From assembly GCA_963702205.1 (NCBI GenBank), contig OY969724.1, positions 288,001 to 352,000 of the forward strand: a DNA stretch of 64,000 nt. Direction: 5' to 3'. The position numbers were made by a program, and so were the translations under genes. The stretch is from an uncultured candidate division Zixibacteria bacterium. GTDB taxonomy: Bacteria; Zixibacteria; MSB-5A5; GN15; PGXB01. The notes under the pieces are model-generated. The model searched no databases, was not told the DNA's origin, and saw only the letters and a list, made by a program, of their open reading frames with translations. Positions 20,308 to 30,920 of the stretch are shown piece by piece; positions within the stretch are counted from its first letter, which is position 1, and each line of letters begins with the position of its first letter.

Positions 20308-20825
20308 ATAAACACGACGTCGATATCAATGCCATTCTGATCAAGCCGCTGTATATGGGCATGCTGATCAATATATTCTTCCCGATGACGCTGTTGATTG
20401 TCGCTTATTTCATGAGTCAGTCGTCGGGGCAGGACGTTATGAAAATAACGTCCAAGTGGGACGTCATCGCCTGGGTGTTTCTGGCGGTGGCGGTCGTCGA
20501 CGGGATCGTCGCCATATTGTTAAGACAGAAGTTGTTCATGGTGCCGCTGATTCGCTCGGAGGCGTCGTTCGAGGACGATCTCAAAGCCGGCGCGTTTCGG
20601 GTGTCGATGACCTGCTACGCGATGACGACGGCAATCTCGATTTACGGGTTCGTGTTGTTTCTGATCGGCGGCGATTTTCGGACGATGTTTCTGTTTATCC
20701 TGATGTCGTTTATCGCGTTTCAGCTGGTCAAACCGAGGCGCGGGTTTATTGAGAAAGTGATCCAGGCACAGGAGCGTCATCTGGCCGAGGGCCGGACTTT
20801 CACCGGCTCACCCGGAGCGTTTTAA
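20304..20825 (+). CDS. Hypothetical membrane protein (about 4 TM)
   Basis: TTG start overlapping the tadA stop; four hydrophobic segments. Confidence 0.7.
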   Translation: MNKHDVDINAILIKPLYMGMLINIFFPMTLLIVAYFMSQSSGQDVMKITSKWDVIAWVFLAVAVVDGIVAILLRQKLFMVPLIRSEASFEDDLKAGAFRVSMTCYAMTTAISIYGFVLFLIGGDFRTMFLFILMSFIAFQLVKPRRGFIEKVIQAQERHLAEGRTFTGSPGAF

Positions 20826-20933
20826 TAAATCAGCCCTTTCAGTTGTTTCGAAAATCGGGTTTGGCGGGATAAGTCTGAAATTTACGCTTTACATCGCGGC
20901 GGATTTTAATAAATTAACGGATCACTGTTTGAC

Positions 20934-21020
20934 GGAGAGGTGCCGGAGCGGTTGAACGGGGCGGTCTCGAAAACCGTTGAGCCTTTGCGGGCTCCCAGGG
21001 TTCGAATCCCTGCCTCTCCG
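20934..21020 (+). tRNA. tRNA-Ser (CGA)
   Basis: Acceptor stem GGAGAGG/CCTCTCC plus discriminator G; anticodon arm GCGGT-CTCGAAA-ACCGT; long variable arm GAGCC-TTTGCG-GGCTC; T-loop GGTTCGAATCC. No encoded CCA. Confidence 0.96.
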
Positions 21021-21021
21021 C
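21004..21021 (+). repeat. attL core GAATCCCTGCCTCTCCGC
   Basis: 3' end of tRNA-Ser; repeated exactly at 52514-52531. Confidence 0.93.
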
Positions 21022-21052
21022 TTTATATTTTTGTGTTTTCATAACATTATGC

Positions 21053-21082
21053 TTGACAATTTGTTATAATTGCCGATATTAT
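21053..21082 (+). promoter_or_regulatory. Putative integrase promoter
   Basis: TTGACA (21053-21058), 18 nt, TATTAT (21077-21082), upstream of the int ATG at 21137. Confidence 0.5.
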
Positions 21083-21096
21083 AAGTGCATCATCGC

Positions 21097-21115
21097 TGTG
21101 ACCATATTGTGACCA
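21097..21115 (+). repeat. Putative integrase arm-type sites (left)
   Basis: TGTGACCA at 21097 and 21108 (11-bp period); matching pair near attR. Confidence 0.7.
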
Positions 21116-21136
21116 CTTATAACCGGGAATTTCAAT

Positions 21137-22234
21137 ATGGGTTCGATCTATAAAAGAGGCAAAATCTGGTATCTTGATATCAGGGTCAAGGGCCGAAGAA
21201 TCCGCAAAAAAGTCGGATCTGCAAAAAAAGTCGCCGAATTGGCCTTAAAAGACGCCGAAGTTAAATCCGCCCGTGAAGAATTTGGCTTTGCCCAGAATGA
21301 TATTTCTCTGGATAAATTCTTCGAGAAATTCCTCGATTACTCCCGGACCAACCATCAACCGTCCACTACCAGCCGCTACAGAGCCGTTATAGACCATTTT
21401 AACGAGTTCATTGGCAAAGAATACGAAATCTCATTTGTTTCGGAGATTAGTCCAGAAGTGATAGATCGGTATAAAGTATTCAGAAAGGATTCTTGGGTGA
21501 ATCCCAACGGCCAGCCGGTAGAATCAGACGAAGATGTCAACGATTCTACCCGCAAGGGAGCCCGGGCTCATACCATCAATTTTGAGATTGGGACTTTAAG
21601 GACTATTTTCAACACCGCTATTAAATGGGGCTATTTGAAGGATAATCCAACCAAAGGCATCAAGACCCTGCGAGTTACCGATTCCAAGCCTGTCAGGTTT
21701 CTGACTATCAAAGAATGCCAGAGATTCCTTAAAGCCTGTCCAGATGATCTCTACCCCGTTTATTTCACATTTTTAAATACTGGCATGCGAAAGGCCGAAC
21801 TCGAAAACCTCATGTGGAATGACATTGACTTGAAACGTCGCAGAATAAGAATCCGCCGCAAGGAAAACTGGCTACCCAAAACCGGTGAGCGGGACATACC
21901 GATAAACAAGAACCTGTATGATCTTTTAAAAGGACTCAAATCTGAAAATGACAAGGGTCTTAAAAGCGTCTATGTCTTCCCTCACGGTGACGGTGGAATA
22001 ATCCGAACCAAACTTCGCGAACGCTTAATAAAGATAGCCAATGATGCGGGAATAGAAGATCTGACCAAACTCCACACTCTCCGGCATACTTTCGCGAGTC
22101 ACCTGGTCATGGCTGGAGTTGATTTGCCTACCGTTCAAAAGCTTATGGGGCATTCTGACATTCAAACCACCATGATCTATGCCCACCTTGCCCCGGATCA
22201 TTTGGCCAATGCGGTTGAAAAGCTGTTGTTTTAA
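21137..22234 (+). CDS. Tyrosine recombinase / integrase
   Basis: N-terminal arm-binding-type MGSIYKRGKIWY; catalytic TGMRKAEL, KT, HTLRHTFAS, LMGHSDIQTTMIY. Confidence 0.96.
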   Translation: MGSIYKRGKIWYLDIRVKGRRIRKKVGSAKKVAELALKDAEVKSAREEFGFAQNDISLDKFFEKFLDYSRTNHQPSTTSRYRAVIDHFNEFIGKEYEISFVSEISPEVIDRYKVFRKDSWVNPNGQPVESDEDVNDSTRKGARAHTINFEIGTLRTIFNTAIKWGYLKDNPTKGIKTLRVTDSKPVRFLTIKECQRFLKACPDDLYPVYFTFLNTGMRKAELENLMWNDIDLKRRRIRIRRKENWLPKTGERDIPINKNLYDLLKGLKSENDKGLKSVYVFPHGDGGIIRTKLRERLIKIANDAGIEDLTKLHTLRHTFASHLVMAGVDLPTVQKLMGHSDIQTTMIYAHLAPDHLANAVEKLLF

Positions 22235-22288
22235 AACCAAACATCCGCGACGTCTTTGGCTAAATATCAACAATCCATCGCGCCATAT

Positions 22289-25200
22289 TTAATACAATTC
22301 ACATGGAGCCGGCCCGGGTGGATCGTTATATAAATGCGCTATCAAATATAATATATCGATCAGATTAATATACTGATCGCAGTTGGCATCGCCAGCAGTC
22401 AACGGATACGGGGCCGGTCCGGGGGGTGTATCGTATAAATAAGCTATAAGATACAGGATATCTATTAAGTTTAAGGCATCATCGCGGGAGGCGTCACCAT
22501 TGTTGAAATGATAACTCTCAACAACTTCGTAACCCAAAGTGTCCGCTGTACCTGAGGCAGGAACATCGGCGTTTTCAATTATTATTGCCTGTAAAGAGCC
22601 GTCTATTCGGATACCGATACCGTATAAAGAGCCCGGTGGTGGGTCGCCCTGCGGGTGTACGATAATAATATATTCGCCTTCGAGCGGATATTGAATGGTA
22701 ATAGAATCATGGACGATATCTTCATAAGTGGCATTAGGACCAATGGTGTTGAAGTATGTATCATCTGAGAGTTTGCCTATACTATCGCCGGCCGGGTCGA
22801 TGACTTGTAAGTTTATTGGAGAATATCCAACTATTATCAATGGAGACGGCACAAGATCGAAATCCGGGGCAAACTCGGAAGTATTGCCAAAAGTGTCGGT
22901 TGCAGTTGCGGTTATTAGCGAGAAATATGGAACTGCATTGCTGATCTGATATTCGAAATCGCCGTTCTCGTCGGCGGTATCGGAACCAATATATGAATAC
23001 GCTTCGCCATAGCCCGAGGGATCGGCCGGTTTGGTGGTGTCACCCTCGGGATGGGCCACGAAGAACTCAATTATGGCACTGTCAGCGGCTGTACCATAGA
23101 CTCGGAATGTGCTGTCTAAATTCATAAAGAGAGAATCAATTTGGGGGTAATTGAGCAGGTCGTTGGGGCCGGTGTCGCTGTCGCCAGGATCGTTGATAGT
23201 TACGCCGTCATCATTAAGGTCAATCCCCAAAAGACCGTTGTTATAAATCAAATTGGCGGAAATTGTGTTGTTCTGTGCACTGCCGATTATTTCAATACCG
23301 TTACCGGGGAAATTGCGGATTGTGAGGCCTTCAATTATATTATGTGAACTCTGGATTTTTAGTCCCGCACCTGTCGATTTTCCCAATGATGAGCCATCAA
23401 GTATAACTGAGTTGATACCACCCGGCGATGTTGAACCAAACATAAAAGTACTATCGCATGTAAGGGCCGGCAATTCTGAAAGCAGATCTATTGAACCCGA
23501 TACCATAAAGACCAGTGCCATAGATTCTGACTGACCGTTTACGGAGTTCAGTGTCCATCTGAGGCTTCCCGGACCATCATCATTTATATTACCTACAGCA
23601 TATCCTGGGATATTGAAAAATAATGCGGCGTTATCGCTCCCAAAATTGGCCGTCGCAAAATCCATTGTCCCATTCTCATCGAAATCACCCAAAGTTCCCC
23701 AGCGAGGATCATCGCCAACATATATATCCATGAACGACAAAAAGTCTCCATTTCCCATATTATGCAATATAAACGCATTATCGGAGCCCCCACATATCGC
23801 GATCAAATCATTGTACCCATCTGCATCATAATCGCTTACAAGTACTGCCCATACATCTGAGCCTACATCATATGTAGAATCTACCTGAAATGTCCCGTCT
23901 CCCGAATTGGTGAATATCGATATTGTTGCATCATTCCCGTTGGCTGTAATCATGTCCAATAAATTGTCATTGTTGACATCGGCAATTGACACGCTCCTTG
24001 AGCCCGATCCGGTAGAGACAAGATTATCAAACGTGTCATAAGTAGCGTCGCCTGAGTTCCATAATATTGTTAAGTTATTGCCAATTGATTGATCCGCTAC
24101 CGCTAGGTCAATATCGCCATCGCCATCAAGATCGCTTCCGGAAAGCAACCGCGGATTATCAACATCGGATATGTTGCTATTTACCGAAAATATCCCATTA
24201 CCGTCATTTAACAGAATTGTAACCCAGTCTGCTCTTACTGCCGCCAAATCTATCGCACCATCACCATTCAAGTCTCCGGAGAATATCGAAAATGGCTGAT
24301 TGCCTATGAAATAGGCACTGTCCCGTGTAAAACTCCCGTCACCGTTATTAAATAGAATGCCTACGTCATCAGACCAGTAATTTGCGGTCGCCAAGTCGAT
24401 ATAACCGTCCCCATTAAATTCAGCCGCACAAATTGAGTATGGCCGGGACGGAGAAGCATACAATTGTTCCGCAGCAAATCTGCCGGTTCCATCATTGATT
24501 AATACGGATACAAAGCCCGAATTATACCCAACAGTTGCAAGGTCACAATCTCCATCGTTATCAAAATCAGCAGCACAAATTGATTGAGGGGCGTCACTGA
24601 TATGATACGACGTATCGTACATCAAAAAACCGGAACCTTCATCCAATCCAACCGTGAATTGCCATATCATGGGGGGACTGAAAACTGTACCCAAGGATGT
24701 TTCTATATTTTCCGTTAAAGTAACCGTTACAACTTCGCCCGGTTTAAAATCGTTATCGGGGTCAAATGTGGCTGTTCGTAATGGCGCATCATACGAGATA
24801 ACTCCGGAATAATAGCCCGAATAATTCCCATAAACAAGAAATGAAGTGGTATTAATGCTGGCAGCGTTCATCGCCGTCGAGAATTCGATGGATATATTGG
24901 ATGCAACTGACACATTCAACTTATTCTGGCTGGGTGTTACGGTAATTATCTCCGGAATAGCAAAATACTTTATGGTCACCATATCTTCCGCCGTCCCCGA
25001 TCCAACGGCGGTCGCAGCGACATAGGCTGCGCCGTTGGCGTTGCCCCTGATATAATATCCGGCATCGCTGCCATTGCCTGCACCATTATAGAACTCCATC
25101 CAATCTTGTTCACCGCTCGACGAATACTTTATCGTAATGACATCATAAGAACTTCCTGTACGGTAGCTTTGGCCGGTAACATATACATTACCAATCGTAT

Positions 25201-26290
25201 CCACGTCTATGGCCCAGCCATAATCATACCAATCGGATGACCCATTGTATCTTCTTGTCCATGCGGTATCCCCATTAGGGAGATATTTAATCGTTAGAAT
25301 ATCATAATTGGAGCCGTTATTGCTGTTGCCCGTTACATATGCATTACCGATTTCGTCGCACGCTATAGACATTACTTCATCAGTTCCATGTGCTTCCCCG
25401 TCATATCTTTCATCATAAACAAGGTTTCCATCCGTATCATATTTAAGAACCAAATAATCTTCGGCCGTCCCGGAGCCGACACTACCTCCCCCGACATATA
25501 CATTGCCAGATGAGTCCGCCGTCATCCACCAGTCAAGGTCATCACCACTGTATGGACCGTCGTACCTCTTTGTCCATTCATTATTCCCCAATGAATCGTA
25601 CTTTAAAGTAGCAATATCCCAATGTCCTGAACTGGCACTATGACCGCATACATAAACATTGCCCAAACTATCGATATCCAGCCAATTAGCCCAGTCGGTG
25701 TTATCAATCGGACCGTTATATCTTCTAATCCAATGAACATCGCCATTTGAACGATACTTAATAGTCGCAAAATCACAATTATAGGCGGTCCAGCTACCTC
25801 CCGCTACATATACATTGCCATCGCCATCGACCGCAACACGATGTGCGCCATTTCCATTGGCCGTCGATTCATGATAGCGTCTCACCCAGGCAGTATCACC
25901 ATCGGGAAGATACTTTATCGTTACGTATTCCGAGTAGTCATCAAGGACATAGCTTTCCCCGACTACATAAACATTGCCGGATCCATCGACAATGATATCA
26001 TGTGGTGTGTCAGTAGTATCATCCGGACCGTTGTAACGGCTTTCCCATTGGACATTGCCGACCCTGTCATATTTAATCGTTATAAAGTCCTGCCAGGTCC
26101 CCGATCCAGCACTCGTTCCGACCACATAAACATTGCCCGAATCATCTAATTCAATGCCGAAAGCGTCATCAAAACCATCCACAGGTCCATTATATGAACG
26201 CACCCAGGCAGTATCCACTGTTTCCCCCGCTGGCTGTTTAACGATTATAAATATTAACAAGAGACATGTAGCCAAAATGATATTCTTCAT
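22289..26290 (-). CDS. Secreted multidomain protein: SBBP-like propeller repeats, Ig-like (Big_5), FG-GAP repeats, beta-helix-like segment, C-terminal dockerin-like module
   Basis: Signal peptide; repeated D..GNVYV.G...D..TIKY...G...W.RRY; D(F/L)(D/N).DG..DLA repeats; C-terminal duplicated GDA..D...NLIDILYLI. Confidence 0.88.
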   Translation of the reverse strand: MKNIILATCLLLIFIIVKQPAGETVDTAWVRSYNGPVDGFDDAFGIELDDSGNVYVVGTSAGSGTWQDFITIKYDRVGNVQWESRYNGPDDTTDTPHDIIVDGSGNVYVVGESYVLDDYSEYVTIKYLPDGDTAWVRRYHESTANGNGAHRVAVDGDGNVYVAGGSWTAYNCDFATIKYRSNGDVHWIRRYNGPIDNTDWANWLDIDSLGNVYVCGHSASSGHWDIATLKYDSLGNNEWTKRYDGPYSGDDLDWWMTADSSGNVYVGGGSVGSGTAEDYLVLKYDTDGNLVYDERYDGEAHGTDEVMSIACDEIGNAYVTGNSNNGSNYDILTIKYLPNGDTAWTRRYNGSSDWYDYGWAIDVDTIGNVYVTGQSYRTGSSYDVITIKYSSSGEQDWMEFYNGAGNGSDAGYYIRGNANGAAYVAATAVGSGTAEDMVTIKYFAIPEIITVTPSQNKLNVSVASNISIEFSTAMNAASINTTSFLVYGNYSGYYSGVISYDAPLRTATFDPDNDFKPGEVVTVTLTENIETSLGTVFSPPMIWQFTVGLDEGSGFLMYDTSYHISDAPQSICAADFDNDGDCDLATVGYNSGFVSVLINDGTGRFAAEQLYASPSRPYSICAAEFNGDGYIDLATANYWSDDVGILFNNGDGSFTRDSAYFIGNQPFSIFSGDLNGDGAIDLAAVRADWVTILLNDGNGIFSVNSNISDVDNPRLLSGSDLDGDGDIDLAVADQSIGNNLTILWNSGDATYDTFDNLVSTGSGSRSVSIADVNNDNLLDMITANGNDATISIFTNSGDGTFQVDSTYDVGSDVWAVLVSDYDADGYNDLIAICGGSDNAFILHNMGNGDFLSFMDIYVGDDPRWGTLGDFDENGTMDFATANFGSDNAALFFNIPGYAVGNINDDGPGSLRWTLNSVNGQSESMALVFMVSGSIDLLSELPALTCDSTFMFGSTSPGGINSVILDGSSLGKSTGAGLKIQSSHNIIEGLTIRNFPGNGIEIIGSAQNNTISANLIYNNGLLGIDLNDDGVTINDPGDSDTGPNDLLNYPQIDSLFMNLDSTFRVYGTAADSAIIEFFVAHPEGDTTKPADPSGYGEAYSYIGSDTADENGDFEYQISNAVPYFSLITATATDTFGNTSEFAPDFDLVPSPLIIVGYSPINLQVIDPAGDSIGKLSDDTYFNTIGPNATYEDIVHDSITIQYPLEGEYIIIVHPQGDPPPGSLYGIGIRIDGSLQAIIIENADVPASGTADTLGYEVVESYHFNNGDASRDDALNLIDILYLIAYLYDTPPGPAPYPLTAGDANCDQYINLIDILYLIAHLYNDPPGPAPCELY

Positions 26291-26377
26291 AACCCCTCCA
26301 AATTAAAGCGCTAATCATTACCAAATTCGCGGGCCGCGCTCATCCCATGTTTCTATGTTTAAATATTTATACTTCTC

Positions 26378-29300
26378 TTACTCCGGGCATTGGGGTTCGG
26401 GGCCGGGGGGATTGCCATAGATGTAATCGATCAAATATAATATGTCGATTAGGTTGATGCTTCCGTCGCTATTGACATCTCCGGAATTCATCGGCATCGG
26501 TGGATCGCCGGGAGGACTGCCATATTTGTAACTGATAAGATATAGAATATCTATAAGATTAACATTTCCATCGCCGTTGACATCGCCACAGATAACCACA
26601 CCCAAATCTGTCACTGCCAGGCAAAAAGGTGATAACGAAGACGTTACGGCGCAGACGGTGTTTAAGACCGTATCGACAGTTGTTGTCTCGTCGTGCCATG
26701 AAACCCCGTCAAAATGTAATAGTCTAAGAAGCGGCTCTTGCGGCACCCTGATTTGCATGGTATCGAATATGATACAGATATCGATCTCACCCTGATGGAT
26801 AGCGTCTGTAGAAATATTGTAAAATGTTGGGCATACATCTGGCATTATTATGAAGCCCTCAAGATTCGTATCCGGACCGATACCTCCTATCATTAATTCC
26901 GTGGTTCCTCCCTGAGTGACATTCTCGTAGGTTATAAGCATTGGACCGACCTCTGCCGTTGAGTTCTCTCCAACAGCAGTTGCCGAAGTGAAAATGCAGG
27001 CACCGAGATTCTGATCTGGATTGAATATGGTGGGGCAGTTGTCCGTTGGACATGCATTTTCCGGATATCCCGGATCACCATAGCCGTCGCCATCGGTATC
27101 ATAGCAGTCCATATTTTTTGCAATGTTGATTCTGTAATCACAATCATAGGAATCGGTCCCTCCTCCCACAACTTGGTCCAGATCACCATCATTATCCAGG
27201 TCAGCCAATGACATGTGGAAGGGATTGACTCCTGCTTTGTGCGAGCTCGTGTAACCAACCGGAAGAAAATCAAAGTTACCATAATTCCTAAGGATATCCG
27301 TAGTACCTTCTTCCCAATAGGGAGAACCATTAGCCAATAACAGGTCGGCGTCACCATCACCATCAATGTCGCCTGCTGTAACACTATTGTACCAACATAT
27401 TAGGTTATCGTGTCTTATCATGCCGAACGATCCTCCCCCGAGATTCTTGAATATTCTTAGTTCAGCTGCACGAGGATTAAAATAGTTACAGCTGCCCGGT
27501 TGGAGCGTGACGATATCTACGTGCGAATCGTTGTCAAGATCCGCGAATGCCGCCTCAATCAAATATGAGCTTGGGATTCTGGAGTCGGACAGGAAAAGGC
27601 CGTTGCCATTATTCCATAGTATTGCAGTCTCATTTCCGTTCTGTCCTCCGGCAATCAAATCTATGAATCCATCATCATTCAGTTCTGCCGCATACAGCTT
27701 GCTTATGCTTGGTAAGCCAGGATTATAGGTCGATGACACCTCAAATGTCGCATCCGCCTTTCCGAAGAGGATGGCAATCCAGCCTCCTGATACCTGAAGT
27801 CCTATGGCCAAATCGGCCCGACCATCGCCATTGAAATCCTCTGAACACATGACTTCTCCACATCCGGCACCGGCCGAAAACGCGGGTTGAACGATGAAGG
27901 ATCCATCGCCACTGTTTAGTAGTATTGATACATAATTGTTGTTATCAGTATAACGTAACACGCTAATATCGATATCGCCATCACCATCAAAATCGCCTGT
28001 TGCGACATCGGCGCCATTTTGTCCGGCAGTAATCGAATAGAGCGAGTATTCCGCGAACCCTATTGTGTAGTCAGTGCCAGTAGTATTATTCAGAAACACC
28101 GCAACCTTGTCTGTCCTACCTGTTTCGACTATGTCGATGTACCCGTCGCCATTGAAATCTGAAAGGGCAAAGTCAACATAAACAAGATTAGACTGGACCC
28201 AGATTCTTTCACCAAAATAGCCAGTCGTGGCGACAGTGGCAGTAGTAAATGACCAGGAATAGCTCTGGTTCAATGACAGGCCAGTTGATGAATGCATGCC
28301 CGTTGTCAGTAGAGCCGTTACGTTTTCACCTGCGGGTAAGGGGTTATTAGGCGTGAAGGTAGCCGTGCGTGTCCCGATATCGTAGTTTACTCCCCCCTGA
28401 ATTGGGCCGGCGGTATTACCTGTGAGCATGAATGTTTCTGTGTTTATTGTTTCCGGATTCATGTCCCTACTAAATGTTGCCGTGATTTGGCTCCAACAGG
28501 GAACTTTGAGTGCATTGGATGTAGGTATTTGCGCAATGATGGAAGGTGCGATTTTAGTCCAAACCTCAATGAATGCAGCGACTTTGCCTCCGCCAATCGT
28601 GAAAGTGCCCCCCGTTACGAGGTTCCCATCGTAAACGGTCAGGGCAGAAACGCTGCCATTCATTCCCGATCCCAACGACGACCAACTACTCCCATCCCAC
28701 GATGCTATCTTACCACTGAAACTGCCCCCCGCTATCAGTTTCCCACTGCATACCGTTAAAGCAGAAACAGTGCCATTCCTCCCTGACCCCAACGACGACC
28801 AACCGCTTCCGTCCCATGATGCTACACGATTCGCCGCCACGCCGCCAGCCGTTGTGAAAAAGCCCCCCGCGACCAGGTCCCCATCGTAAACGGTCAGGGA
28901 ATAGACACGTGTGTTTGTTCCTTCCATACCGGACCCTAACGGCGACCAACTGCTCCCATCCCATGAGGCTATATTGCTCGCCGCCGCGCCGCCGCCAGCC
29001 GCTTGGAACATACCACCAGCTATAAGTCTCCCATCATAAACGGTCAGGGCGTAAACGGCGTCGGTTATCCCTAATCCCAGCGGCGACCATGTTGACCCAT
29101 CCCATGAGGCTACACGATACGCCGCCACGCCGCCAGCCGTTGTGAAATCACCCCCCGCTACGAGGTCCCCATCGTAAACGGTCAGGGCAAAAACGCCGCT
29201 ATTCATTCCGGACCCCAGAGCGGACCAACTACTTCCATCCCACGACGCTATGTAGTTCGCTGTCACACCGCCAGCAGTTGTGAAAATACCTCCCGCTATC

Positions 29301-30835
29301 AGTTTGTTGTCATAAACTGCAAGAGCCCAAACTGCGTCATTCATTCCTGACCCAAGGGCTAACCAAGCCGAGCCATCCCAGGCCGCTATGTAATTGGCAG
29401 CCACACCACCGCCAGCAGTTGTGAAATATCCCCCCGCTACGAGGTCCCCATCGTAAACGGTCAGGTCAGAAACGCTGCCATTCATTCCCGATCCTAACGA
29501 CGACCAACCGCTTCCGTCCCATGATGCTACACGATTCGCCGCCACGTCGCCAGCCGTTGTGAAACCACCACCCGCTACGAGGTCCCCATCGTAAACGGTC
29601 AGGGAATAGACATATGTGTTTGTTCCTTCCATACCGGACCCTAACGGCGACCAACTGCTCCCATCCCATGAGGCTATATTGCTCGCCGCCGCGCCACCAG
29701 CCATTGTGAAACCGCCCCCCGCGACCAGTCTCTCGTCGTAAATGGTCAGGGCACGGACAAAGGAATTAGTAGGCCAACCTCCAGGCATCCCGGACCCTAA
29801 CGCCGACCAACTACTCCCATCCCATGAGGCTACACGATACGCCGCCACGCCGCCAGCCGTTGTGAAATCACCCCCCGCTACGAGGTCCCCATCGTAAACG
29901 GTCAGGGCAAAAACGCCGCTATTCATTCCGGACCCCAGAGCGGACCAACTACTTCCATCCCACGACGCTATGTAGTTCGCTGTCACACCGCCAGCAGTTG
30001 TGAAAATACCTCCGGCCATCAGTCTTACGCCATAGACAGCCAGGGCATTTACGCAACCAGAAGTACCATCTGAAAGCATCATCCCCGACCCCAACGGCGA
30101 CCAACTGTTCCCATCCCATGAGGCTATTCCATTCACTGCCACGCCACCGACCGTTGTGAACCAACCACCAGCTATAAGTCTCCCATCATAAACGATCAGG
30201 GAAAAGACCGAAGGTGAACTTCCTCCTATCCCCGATGCCAACCGCGACCAACTATATCCATCCCAAGACGCCACACTATTTGCCCACGCGCCACCAGCAG
30301 AATAGAAATTGCCACCGGCAATCAGCTTCGCATTGTATACGGTCAGTGCATTGACAACGGCTGTCCCATTCAGCTCGTAGGGAGCCATTCCGGAGCCCAA
30401 CGACGACCAAATACTTCCATTCCAGGCCGCTATACCATTAGCCGGTACGCCGCCGGCCACTGTAAAATCGCCGCCGACCACGAGTTTTCCATTGTAAAGA
30501 GTTGCAGCAAAAATATATCCGTTGACACCGTTAAGGGAAGACGAGATGTTATTATCCCAATATATATCATCGGGGTGATCGGTTGGCGAAGCAGGGGAAG
30601 CAAGCCTAAACACCGGTTGACCAGTGGCCGGGTCAATAGCCGTCTCGAAGCCCTTAATGTCTAACGGCCCCTGGTAACCAGATTGACGCGCAGCGTCAAG
30701 GTCGAATTGGCCGTCTGGAGTTAGAAATTCAGTGACGTCTTTTCCCTTTTGATATTCAAGATCTGATTGCCCCCATACAGTAGACACACACGACAGTATT
30801 GCTGCCACTAAATAGACCTTACCCATACCGCGCAT
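26378..30835 (-). CDS. Secreted multidomain protein: ~48-50-aa beta-propeller repeats, Big_5, FG-GAP, TSP3-like, dockerin-like C-terminus
   Basis: True start is probably MRGMGK at 30835 (GGAGG RBS, signal peptide). About 14 repeats of V.ALTVYDG.LVAGG.FTTAGG..A..(I/V)ASWDGS.WS.LGSG. Ends GDVNGDGNVNLIDILYLI...GDVNSDGSINLIDILYLI. Confidence 0.88.
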   Translation of the reverse strand: MRGMGKVYLVAAILSCVSTVWGQSDLEYQKGKDVTEFLTPDGQFDLDAARQSGYQGPLDIKGFETAIDPATGQPVFRLASPASPTDHPDDIYWDNNISSSLNGVNGYIFAATLYNGKLVVGGDFTVAGGVPANGIAAWNGSIWSSLGSGMAPYELNGTAVVNALTVYNAKLIAGGNFYSAGGAWANSVASWDGYSWSRLASGIGGSSPSVFSLIVYDGRLIAGGWFTTVGGVAVNGIASWDGNSWSPLGSGMMLSDGTSGCVNALAVYGVRLMAGGIFTTAGGVTANYIASWDGSSWSALGSGMNSGVFALTVYDGDLVAGGDFTTAGGVAAYRVASWDGSSWSALGSGMPGGWPTNSFVRALTIYDERLVAGGGFTMAGGAAASNIASWDGSSWSPLGSGMEGTNTYVYSLTVYDGDLVAGGGFTTAGDVAANRVASWDGSGWSSLGSGMNGSVSDLTVYDGDLVAGGYFTTAGGGVAANYIAAWDGSAWLALGSGMNDAVWALAVYDNKLIAGGIFTTAGGVTANYIASWDGSSWSALGSGMNSGVFALTVYDGDLVAGGDFTTAGGVAAYRVASWDGSTWSPLGLGITDAVYALTVYDGRLIAGGMFQAAGGGAAASNIASWDGSSWSPLGSGMEGTNTRVYSLTVYDGDLVAGGFFTTAGGVAANRVASWDGSGWSSLGSGRNGTVSALTVCSGKLIAGGSFSGKIASWDGSSWSSLGSGMNGSVSALTVYDGNLVTGGTFTIGGGKVAAFIEVWTKIAPSIIAQIPTSNALKVPCWSQITATFSRDMNPETINTETFMLTGNTAGPIQGGVNYDIGTRTATFTPNNPLPAGENVTALLTTGMHSSTGLSLNQSYSWSFTTATVATTGYFGERIWVQSNLVYVDFALSDFNGDGYIDIVETGRTDKVAVFLNNTTGTDYTIGFAEYSLYSITAGQNGADVATGDFDGDGDIDISVLRYTDNNNYVSILLNSGDGSFIVQPAFSAGAGCGEVMCSEDFNGDGRADLAIGLQVSGGWIAILFGKADATFEVSSTYNPGLPSISKLYAAELNDDGFIDLIAGGQNGNETAILWNNGNGLFLSDSRIPSSYLIEAAFADLDNDSHVDIVTLQPGSCNYFNPRAAELRIFKNLGGGSFGMIRHDNLICWYNSVTAGDIDGDGDADLLLANGSPYWEEGTTDILRNYGNFDFLPVGYTSSHKAGVNPFHMSLADLDNDGDLDQVVGGGTDSYDCDYRINIAKNMDCYDTDGDGYGDPGYPENACPTDNCPTIFNPDQNLGACIFTSATAVGENSTAEVGPMLITYENVTQGGTTELMIGGIGPDTNLEGFIIMPDVCPTFYNISTDAIHQGEIDICIIFDTMQIRVPQEPLLRLLHFDGVSWHDETTTVDTVLNTVCAVTSSLSPFCLAVTDLGVVICGDVNGDGNVNLIDILYLISYKYGSPPGDPPMPMNSGDVNSDGSINLIDILYLIDYIYGNPPGPEPQCPE
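28791..30013 (-). repeat. Intragenic DNA duplications within the propeller repeats
   Basis: 29096-29293 is identical to 29816-30013 (198 bp, offset 720); ~28791-28990 is nearly identical to ~29496-29695 (offset 705). Confidence 0.88.
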
Positions 30836-30920
30836 AAGTACCCTCCGAGAAATATTAAGTTGCTTAATGACCAAGCCCGTGCTCGAAACCCATATAAATA
30901 TAGCATTTTCACGGCATTCG

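Noticed and set aside
28620..30200. Diversity-generating retroelement TR/VR pair suggested by near-identical repeats
   Set aside because: No reverse transcriptase in the window, both copies are in-frame coding blades, and the mismatches are not adenine-specific.
28620..30200. CRISPR array
   Set aside because: The repeats are ~150-bp protein-coding units without unique spacers; no cas genes.
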